This document shows positions 57,619-64,000 of a DNA stretch of 64,000 nt, one piece after another; position 1 is the first letter of the stretch, and every line of letters starts with the position of its first letter. The stretch is taken from assembly GCA_009837815.1 (NCBI GenBank), contig VXSV01000140.1, positions 5,528 through 69,527 of the forward strand. The letters are read 5' to 3'. The stretch comes from Acidimicrobiia bacterium (lineage in GTDB: Bacteria; Actinomycetota; Acidimicrobiia; Spongiisociales; ZC4RG35). The notes under the pieces are model-generated. The model did not search any database, was not told the origin of the DNA, and was given only the letters and a program-made list of their open reading frames with translations. The position numbers and the translations under genes are program-made.

Positions 57619-58824
57619 TCAGTTGCTTCCAGAGGCGACCACTACGCCCTCTCTCATGGTAATCCGCTCGGGGCGGAGAGAAAGCGCTTCGTTGAGATTT
57701 TTCGCCTCCACGAAGGTCAGATCGGCTTTGTCGCCCGAGCGAAGAGTGGAGCGGCCGTCAGTGAGAGCGGAGATGAGGCGGGCGTCGTCGTAGAGGTGCC
57801 CGGCCAGCCTGGCCAGGTAGGCCGCTTCGAGGGGGTCCGCAGTGGAGAAGGGACAGAAGGTGTCGTCAACGTTGTCTACGCCCAGCCTCACATGCACCCC
57901 CTCTTCGATCAGCAGATTGATAGGCGCCAGCGCTCTGCGAGGTGAGTGAACTCGGTATTCGTGCAGGATCAGATTGGTACGCGGCTGGCAGTTGACGGTA
58001 ATCCCCAGCCCGGCCATGCGTCGAGCCAGGGAGCGGGTCTGCTGTTCTCCAAGTGCGCTCAGCAGGCAGCAGTGGCTGAAGGAGACCCACCCCTCCAGAT
58101 GTCGGCGTTCTACCTCGTCGAGGGCGAAATCCATGAGGAGCCGGGCGGGATCAAGGGTTTCGTCTATGTGCACATCCACCTGCACGCCGGTTCTCGCCGC
58201 CAGTTCCATCATCGAAGTGATCGACTCCCTGGGCCGGGAGTCGTGATTGGGCGATCCCCCGATCAGTTGGTATCTGCCCATGGTCAGGTCCTTTTGCAGC
58301 CGCGCGGTCTCCTCTCGGTCTGTCAGCGTATCCGCCACCGCGAAGGCGACGAGCTCGATCTCCATGACCCTCTTCATCTGTTCCCGTACTTCCCCCATCA
58401 CCTCCCACCGAGGGGCGGCTATGTGTTCGGGGTGGCGCCCGACGTGGCCCCTGGCCCGGGTGGCGCCGTTGTCCGAAAGGGTGGAAAACAGTCTCCGGGC
58501 TCGTTCGGCAGCGGTGTCCGCTATGTAGCCCTCCGGCCGGGCGCCCGTTTCGATGGCGTCCTCGAGGGAGCGGGGTGGGCGGGGAGAGCCGACGTAGGCG
58601 CGGTCGGGATGCAGATGCGGCTCGGCGAAGGACGGCATGGCCAGATGCGAGGGCTCGGGGACGGGCGCTTCCGACCCGTTGGGGAAGGGTTCGATCCCGG
58701 TGATGAGGCCGCGGTGGACCGAGATCACCTGGGACCCTGAATACTCGGGCACTCTGACCGGCCCGATGGCTAGGGGAAGGTCCCCGTCAGCCAGGCGCCG
58801 GGGGTTAGTGGGCAGTTCCCTCAT
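57619..58824 (-). CDS. Amidohydrolase, cytosine/creatinine-deaminase-like.
   Basis: The metal-binding motif AEPHLH and the amidohydrolase fold are present. It is similar to the CodA/atrazine-hydrolase branch. Confidence 0.6.
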   Translation of the reverse strand: MRELPTNPRRLADGDLPLAIGPVRVPEYSGSQVISVHRGLITGIEPFPNGSEAPVPEPSHLAMPSFAEPHLHPDRAYVGSPRPPRSLEDAIETGARPEGYIADTAAERARRLFSTLSDNGATRARGHVGRHPEHIAAPRWEVMGEVREQMKRVMEIELVAFAVADTLTDREETARLQKDLTMGRYQLIGGSPNHDSRPRESITSMMELAARTGVQVDVHIDETLDPARLLMDFALDEVERRHLEGWVSFSHCCLLSALGEQQTRSLARRMAGLGITVNCQPRTNLILHEYRVHSPRRALAPINLLIEEGVHVRLGVDNVDDTFCPFSTADPLEAAYLARLAGHLYDDARLISALTDGRSTLRSGDKADLTFVEAKNLNEALSLRPERITMREGVVVASGSN

Positions 58825-60266
58825 TGGTAGAGGACCGTGGTCAGAGGGATGTCTTCTCGGCCCAGCCCGGCCCGGGTGCGGATGCCTGCGGCTCTATTGC
58901 GGGCTTCGACGTGCAGTGCTGTCTCGTCTATTCCGATCACCCTGCCATCACGAAAACAGGGCCGTCCGTCCACCCAGGTCTCGTGCACTGATGCCGTCGA
59001 CGCCGACCAGACCAGCGCCGAGAGGGGGTCTCCGTAGGGTATCCATTCGGGGTGGTTGAGGTCCCACAACACGAAGTCGGCCTTCTTTCCCACCTCCAGC
59101 GAGCCGATCTGTTCATCCATACCCAGGGCGCCGGCCCCATCGATGGTGGCCATGCGCAGCGCCCGCCGCGCCCCCACCAGCGAAGCATCCATGCGGGCGT
59201 CCTTGAACAGACCGGCGGCGAGGTGCACCTGGCGGTGCAGGTTGAGATTGCCCGCCGCGGAGACGCCGTCGGTCCCCAGTCCAACCGTCACCCCCCTCTC
59301 CATCATCTCGGGATACTTTCCGATCGCGGTGGCGCCTTTGGCGAGTTTCAGGGAAGTGGACGGACAGAATGCAACCTTGGTCCGGTGGGAGGAGAGAAGA
59401 TCCACCTCCTCCGGCGTCACCGCCACCGCATGAGCGATCACCAGGTTGTCGCCCAGACCGCCTGCTTGAGCAATCCTGGTTATCGGCCGGCTTCCGTGGC
59501 GTCGTTGGGAGATCTCCGCTTCGGCCAGGGAGGTGGCGAGGTGGTAGGTGGTGCCCACCCCCAGTCTCGCCGCCATTTCTCGCGCGCCGACATGAAGATC
59601 CAGGCTGCAGGGCTCTTTTCCTTCGATATTCACCCACACCCCGAGCCGCCCCCCCGCCGCCCCGTTCCAGGCGGCGACCGTCTCGGCCAAGGCTTCAAGT
59701 GCGGTTTCGGCGTCGGGAAAGAAGTGATGATCGACCATCTCGGCCGACCAACCTCGTGGGATCTTCGCAGGCTTGACGTCGGCGGCGTGGCGGCCGGTGA
59801 TGCCCCGGATCCCGGTCTGTTCCACGGCGGCGGCCACCGGCGCCGGGTTGTTCTGGGCGCCCATGTCCAGAAAGCAGGTGGTCCCTCCCCGAAGCATCTC
59901 GGCGGTCCCCAGTAGCGACCCCACTGCTTCGTCTTCGGGGCTGACATGGGCGTAGAAGGGCTTTGCCCAGTGGAACACCCAGGTCCGGGTGTCGATCACA
60001 TCGGGGAACACCGCCCTCGAAAGGGTTTCGGAAAGGTGGACGTGGGAATCCACGAAGCCGGGCGTCAGTCCCAGGCGCCGCCCATCCACCCGCTCCACCG
60101 GTTGGCCGCCGGCGCCGGGGCGCATTCGTTGGTTCACCTCCGCGGTGGCGCCCAGGTCCTTTATCCGATCGCCTTCTATCAGTATCGCCCCATCGGTTAT
60201 CACGCGATCGTCCCGGTCACAGGTGATGGCGAATTCCAGGTGTTCGATGAGGGTCAATGGTGTCAC
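58821..60266 (-). CDS. Amidohydrolase (guanine/SAH/8-oxoguanine-deaminase-like, TRZ/ATZ family).
   Basis: The metal-binding motif DSHVHL and an HxxE segment are present. It is a 481-aa amidohydrolase-1 fold protein. Confidence 0.65.
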   Translation of the reverse strand: MTPLTLIEHLEFAITCDRDDRVITDGAILIEGDRIKDLGATAEVNQRMRPGAGGQPVERVDGRRLGLTPGFVDSHVHLSETLSRAVFPDVIDTRTWVFHWAKPFYAHVSPEDEAVGSLLGTAEMLRGGTTCFLDMGAQNNPAPVAAAVEQTGIRGITGRHAADVKPAKIPRGWSAEMVDHHFFPDAETALEALAETVAAWNGAAGGRLGVWVNIEGKEPCSLDLHVGAREMAARLGVGTTYHLATSLAEAEISQRRHGSRPITRIAQAGGLGDNLVIAHAVAVTPEEVDLLSSHRTKVAFCPSTSLKLAKGATAIGKYPEMMERGVTVGLGTDGVSAAGNLNLHRQVHLAAGLFKDARMDASLVGARRALRMATIDGAGALGMDEQIGSLEVGKKADFVLWDLNHPEWIPYGDPLSALVWSASTASVHETWVDGRPCFRDGRVIGIDETALHVEARNRAAGIRTRAGLGREDIPLTTVLYQ

Positions 60267-60299
60267 GGGGTCACGGCCTTTCCGCGAACTGGCCGCGTG

Positions 60300-61190
60300 C
60301 TAGGCAGGGTATGTGGCGCGATAGCGCATGTACAAGTAGTCCCCGGATTTGCGCACCGAAAGGATCTTCATCCTCGGTATGTCATCAGGGATCCAACCCG
60401 TTCCCTCCACCAAGCTGGGCCGGGGGTTGCCGGGGCTCTCTCCCACCACCAGCGGGGACCGGGTGATGAAAGGCTCATGCATGACGCCTGCTTTGATGAG
60501 CGCCCCGTACAGGGTGGCGCCTCCCTCGCAGAGCAGGAACTCGACACCGTAATCCCCGGCCATGATCCGGGCGTAGCGCTCCAGGTTCACTCCGCTGCTT
60601 CCAAACTCAAGGATGTCTATCTTGCCGGCCGGTCGGACCGTGGCGCGAATTTTCCGTGCGCCTGCCCGGGTGGTGGCCACCACTACGTGGGCATTCTCCA
60701 TGGTGAAGACTTTGGCCTCAGGGGGAAGGTCGCCTCCGAGGGTTACATAGGAGATGATGGGGAGTTCCGAGCGGTTCTCGTGCCGCCGCAGCGCGGCGAA
60801 GGCATCCTTGTCTCCCGGGTAGATGTCTTCGGATGTGTTCACATGGCTGGGTTCGGCTCGGAGGGTTCCCTCGCCTATGACCACGGCGTCGGCACGGGCC
60901 CGGAGCAGACCCATCAGCCAAATGTCGTTGTCATCGAATCCCGAGATCGGGCCCCCGCCCCGGTGGTCGGGATGGTTGAAGGCCACTCGGCCGTCATGAG
61001 AGGCGACGAAATTGGCGGCCAACAAGGGCAAGCCCTTCACAGGAGGCTTGAGGCGCAGCGGACCGCCGTACGCCGCCGCGAAATCGGGATGCAGTTCCAG
61101 CCCCTCGCCATCGGAGGCTGTTTCCTCATCGAACAGGGTCTCGAACCGAAGAGCCGGTCCCCGTACCGAGATGGGCGCTATTTGTGTCAT
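60300..61190 (-). CDS. RibD C-terminal-domain (dihydrofolate-reductase-like) pyrimidine reductase-family protein.
   Basis: The RibD_C/DHFR-like fold shows a nucleotide-binding GxGxxL-like segment (LLCEGGATLYGALI). A shorter start was chosen at MTQIAPI. Confidence 0.55.
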   Translation of the reverse strand: MTQIAPISVRGPALRFETLFDEETASDGEGLELHPDFAAAYGGPLRLKPPVKGLPLLAANFVASHDGRVAFNHPDHRGGGPISGFDDNDIWLMGLLRARADAVVIGEGTLRAEPSHVNTSEDIYPGDKDAFAALRRHENRSELPIISYVTLGGDLPPEAKVFTMENAHVVVATTRAGARKIRATVRPAGKIDILEFGSSGVNLERYARIMAGDYGVEFLLCEGGATLYGALIKAGVMHEPFITRSPLVVGESPGNPRPSLVEGTGWIPDDIPRMKILSVRKSGDYLYMRYRATYPA

Positions 61191-61309
61191 CCTTCCAGAC
61201 CTTGTTGCTAGGGGATTGTCTACCGGGAGTAAACGATACAGGATCCACACCAGAGGCCTGGCCGGCCGCCGGTTGGTACGATTTCAACGACCGCCCGGAG
61301 GATCCCAGG

Positions 61310-62425
61310 ATGAGAGAACAGGTGATAGCCCGCCTTCGCCCGGCCTTGGAGGAACGAGGCTGGGATGGTTTGGTGGTTTCCTCTCCCGAGAACTTCGCCT
61401 ATCTGGCCGGATTCGTTGTTCCCTCCCACCCGCTGATGCGCCGGCGCCATGCGGCGGTTGTGCTTCCGGCCGGCGGTGATCCGGCGGTGATGTGCATCGG
61501 GGTTGAAGAGGCCATGGTCCGCCAGAGGACCGGGGCCGCCGAGGTGGCTGTGTGGGACGAGTTCGGTGACGACCCGATGGCCTGCCTCGCCGGGCTGTTG
61601 GAGCGTCTGGGCCTGAGTCGGGGCCGTTTGGGTGTGGAACTGGGTTACCTGCCTGCGGCCGATTTCGCCCGCCTCCGGGAAGCAGCCCCCGGGGTGGAGT
61701 GGGTGGCCGCCGACCGGTGGCTGGGGAGGCAGCGGCAGGTCAAGACCCGGGAAGAACTGGAACTCTTGGCTCGGCTGTCTCGAATCTCCGACGCCTCCAT
61801 CGGGATGGCGCTTCGGGCGGTGAAACCTGGGGACACCGAGATGGAGATCGCCGCCGCCCTCACCGACGGCATCTACCGGGGAGGCGCCGAAGACTTCAAG
61901 CTGATGATCGTGGCCACCGGTCCCCGGAGCCAACTGGCCAATGTGGGTGCTACCGAGCGGGTCCTGGAGGCGGGTGACGTGTGCAGGGTGGAGATCTTCG
62001 CGGTGGCAGAGGGGTACCACGCCGGGGTATGCCGTACCGCGGCGGTAGGGATCCCGCCGCCGGAAGCAGTCGAGATCTGGGCCAATCTGGTGGAGTGCCG
62101 CGATGTCTTGCTGGACGCCATCCGCCCAGGGGTCTCCAGCCGGTCGGTGTGGAACCGCTTCGAGGACGTGTGCGGCCCCCTAGGCCTGCCGCTCTTTTCC
62201 TTCGTCGGTCACGGGATCGGACTATCCCTGCACGAGCGCCCCTACATAAGCCCCCGCCATGATCAGGTTTTGGAGGAAGGGATGGTGTTCGGAGTCGAGC
62301 CCCTGATCTACGACACCGGACACGGCTTCGGCCTCCAACTCAAGGACATGGTGGAGGTAACCGCTCGGGGAGCGAGACTCCTATCAGACGTGAACCACAA
62401 CCGGGAGCTGATCGCGATCGGCTGA
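61310..62425 (+). CDS. M24-family metallopeptidase (creatinase/Xaa-Pro aminopeptidase-like).
   Basis: It has a creatinase_N-like N-domain and an M24 pita-bread domain with metal ligands (HGIGLSLHE). The ATG at 61310 has a GGAGGA ribosome-binding site. Confidence 0.7.
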   Translation: MREQVIARLRPALEERGWDGLVVSSPENFAYLAGFVVPSHPLMRRRHAAVVLPAGGDPAVMCIGVEEAMVRQRTGAAEVAVWDEFGDDPMACLAGLLERLGLSRGRLGVELGYLPAADFARLREAAPGVEWVAADRWLGRQRQVKTREELELLARLSRISDASIGMALRAVKPGDTEMEIAAALTDGIYRGGAEDFKLMIVATGPRSQLANVGATERVLEAGDVCRVEIFAVAEGYHAGVCRTAAVGIPPPEAVEIWANLVECRDVLLDAIRPGVSSRSVWNRFEDVCGPLGLPLFSFVGHGIGLSLHERPYISPRHDQVLEEGMVFGVEPLIYDTGHGFGLQLKDMVEVTARGARLLSDVNHNRELIAIG

Positions 62426-62445
62426 ACCGACCTTCCGCCGGGTTG

Positions 62446-63648
62446 TCAGGATGACATACGGCGTCGGACGAACTGGTCGAACATAGGCACGGTGAAAGCT
62501 ATTTGGCCGTAACGGGGAGCATGGCACAGGCCCTTGGCGATCAGCGAGTTGCGATACGGGCTGACCTGAGAAGTGGTCCGACCCATTGCGGAGGCTACGG
62601 CGCCCGATGGGTGCGGGCCGGCTCCGAGATGGGCCATTGCGGCAAGGTAATCCCGTTCGGTCTCAGTGGTTCGATCGAAACGAATGCTAAAGAAACCTGT
62701 GTCGAGGGCGTTGAACGCCATGGGAATAGTGTGTCTTATGTCCTCCAATGAGATTTGAGACGGCCCTGTTGCGAAGTTCCACGCCTGCTTGCCGAATTCC
62801 TGGAGAAAGTAAGGGTATCCGGCTGTCTCGTCCACGATCCTGCCCAAGGCATCGGCGTGCCATCGCACGCCGCGCGCTTCGGCCGGAACGGCCAAGGCGG
62901 CGGCGGCTTCTTCTGGTTGAAGGCTATTTATCTTGACGAAGGTGAACAGTCGCTCGGCGTATGACCGGGCTTCGCCTGCCAAAGCAGGCAGAGAAGGCAA
63001 CCCTGCGGGGACCACCATGAAAGGGAGTTGCCGCTGACTTACTTTGTGGAGTCCCATAACCAAGGTTCCGAGCTGATCCCGTCCCAGATACTGTGCTTCG
63101 TCGATGGTGATGAGAACGCCGACTTTCCGTTCGCCGGCGTATTCCCCCACTTCGGTGAAGAGATCTGCGATGTCCTCCTGAAGGATTCCCGTGTCGGCTC
63201 GTCCGGCGATAGGCTCGATACCGAATTCTATATCACCACCTTCCGGCAGATTCCAGCGCACTTTGAACGACTTCAAGACGCCTAGGGCGCGGCGGGCGCG
63301 TTCGGCGAGGCGATGGCCTGCGGATAGCTGGAGCAGGACAATCCGAATGCGATCAGCAATGATGCGGGATAAGTCCAGTTCTTTGTTTGCCTCAATCTGC
63401 TGAAACACCCATTTGTGCCTTTGGGCGATACTGCAGAACTCATTGAGGAGCACCGTTTTGCCTACCCCCCGCAGTCCGCTGAGCAACATGCTCCTGTCGT
63501 AGAGACCTGCTCCCAACCTTTTGGTGGCGATCTCGAAGTCGTTCAGCTCGCTGTCTCGACCTACCAGAGCAGGCGGCCGAGCACCGGCGCCGGGGCTATA
63601 TGGGTTTCTACTGGGGTCCATTCCAATTTGGAGTTGGCTTGGGTTCAA
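62446..63648 (-). CDS. ATP-binding protein, Arch_ATPase/AAA_16-type P-loop NTPase.
   Basis: The N-terminus NPYSPGAGARPPALVGRDSEL and the Walker A GLRGVGKT are present. The 400-aa protein stands alone. Confidence 0.65.
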   Translation of the reverse strand: MNPSQLQIGMDPSRNPYSPGAGARPPALVGRDSELNDFEIATKRLGAGLYDRSMLLSGLRGVGKTVLLNEFCSIAQRHKWVFQQIEANKELDLSRIIADRIRIVLLQLSAGHRLAERARRALGVLKSFKVRWNLPEGGDIEFGIEPIAGRADTGILQEDIADLFTEVGEYAGERKVGVLITIDEAQYLGRDQLGTLVMGLHKVSQRQLPFMVVPAGLPSLPALAGEARSYAERLFTFVKINSLQPEEAAAALAVPAEARGVRWHADALGRIVDETAGYPYFLQEFGKQAWNFATGPSQISLEDIRHTIPMAFNALDTGFFSIRFDRTTETERDYLAAMAHLGAGPHPSGAVASAMGRTTSQVSPYRNSLIAKGLCHAPRYGQIAFTVPMFDQFVRRRMSS

Positions 63649-63678
63649 GGTTACTCCCGACTTATAGCGAGTTGTTGT

Positions 63679-63842
63679 GTTTATAGGGTTTTTCTTATAA
63701 GCGTCTCAAAAGGTTATAACCGGATGATCCCCCTTGCCGTGCAAGGGTCTCATCCCATTCCTTCCATGAGGAGATCAACCCGTTTATAGGGATTTGTGAC
63801 ACTTATAGGGTTTTTCTTATAAGTGATTCAAAAGGTTATAAG
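63679..63842. repeat. AT-rich iteron-like region with two ~42-bp direct repeats (TTATAGGGTTTTTCTTATAAG.G..TCAAAAGGTTATAA) 122 bp apart, extra TTATAG(G/C)G half-sites, and a hairpin CCCTTGCcgtGCAAGGG.
   Basis: The repeats are at 63679-63720 and 63801-63842. Additional TTATAG motifs are at 63661 and 63783. A perfect 7-bp stem is at 63731-63747. Local GC is far below the genome background. Confidence 0.7.
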
Positions 63843-63866
63843 TCGCCCATTGAGCGGAGGGGGTGG

Positions 63867-63992
63867 TTATCCCGAGAAGAACTTTGGAAGGGTGCGTTCC
63901 ACCTTGGCCAGGAATCTCGCCCTCTTGCGTGGGGAGTCCTTGTTCATGTTGTTCAGGTCCAGCCACTTGGTTCGGGCGCGCTTGGCGAACAT
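63867..63992 (-). CDS. Small basic ORF at the window edge (41 aa from the in-window ATG, MFAKRARTKWLDLNNMNKDSPRKRARFLAKVERTLPKFFSG). It may be the C-terminus of a longer protein starting beyond base 64000.
   Basis: The frame is open to the window end. It is highly basic (K/R-rich) and adjacent to the iteron-like repeats. Confidence 0.2.
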   Translation of the reverse strand: MFAKRARTKWLDLNNMNKDSPRKRARFLAKVERTLPKFFSG

Positions 63993-64000
63993 GACTCGAT

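Noticed and set aside
63679-63842. A CRISPR array.
   Set aside because: There are only two long repeat copies 122 bp apart, plus scattered half-sites. The spacing and number are not CRISPR-like, and no cas genes are in the window.

Overview
This is a high-GC (about 65-68%) bacterial chromosomal segment with actinobacterial-type gene content. That placement rests on the FHA/PstP/RodA/PbpA/PknB cell-wall cluster, an F420-type luciferase-like monooxygenase, MMPL transporters and a ChlI/ChlD-CobN cobaltochelatase.

Reading left to right, the window contains:
- the 3' end of a Calx-beta-repeat surface protein;
- a degenerate tRNA-Ser-like fragment;
- a Zur/Fur-box-controlled znuA-znuC-znuB zinc-uptake operon whose ZnuA has a 21-bp-repeat His-rich loop;
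- two abutting 5'-truncated gene remnants (an ABC ATPase and an MFS transporter);
- a cobalamin-riboswitch-led cluster of FhuF-like 2Fe-2S protein, cobN, chlI/chlD fusion, btuF/C/D-like corrinoid ABC importer and cobO;
- tRNA-Ser(GCT), tRNA-Ser(GGA), tadA and SRP RNA;
- a ubiE-like methyltransferase, serS and a CARDB-domain membrane protein;
- a 'mobile mystery protein A/B' (HTH + Fic) pair abutting tRNA-Leu(CAG);
- fhaB-pstP-rodA-pbpA-pknB, then convergent dnaB and ilvC;
- a dpp/opp-type peptide ABC transporter (A, B, C, D, F);
- an unusual GPP34(GOLPH3/Vps74)-cytochrome P450 fusion;
- two divergent MMPL/RND exporters flanking a GNAT gene;
- an MpaB/DUF2236-like oxygenase and a 5'-3' exonuclease;
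- rhodanese plus a membrane-anchored Tat-dependent sulfite-oxidase-family Mo enzyme;
- tag, an ornithine cyclodeaminase, a YbdK carboxylate-amine ligase and an F420-type LLM oxidoreductase;
- a minus-strand operon with a tandemly duplicated (1062-bp period, >99% identical) NMT1/TauT-family substrate-binding protein, ABC permease and ATPase, two cytosine/guanine-deaminase-like amidohydrolases and a RibD-C-like reductase, divergent from an M24 creatinase/prolidase-like gene;
- an Arch_ATPase/AAA_16-type ATPase followed by an AT-rich iteron-like repeat region at the window edge.

Many long ORFs in the supplied track are GC-rich antisense shadow ORFs and are ignored.
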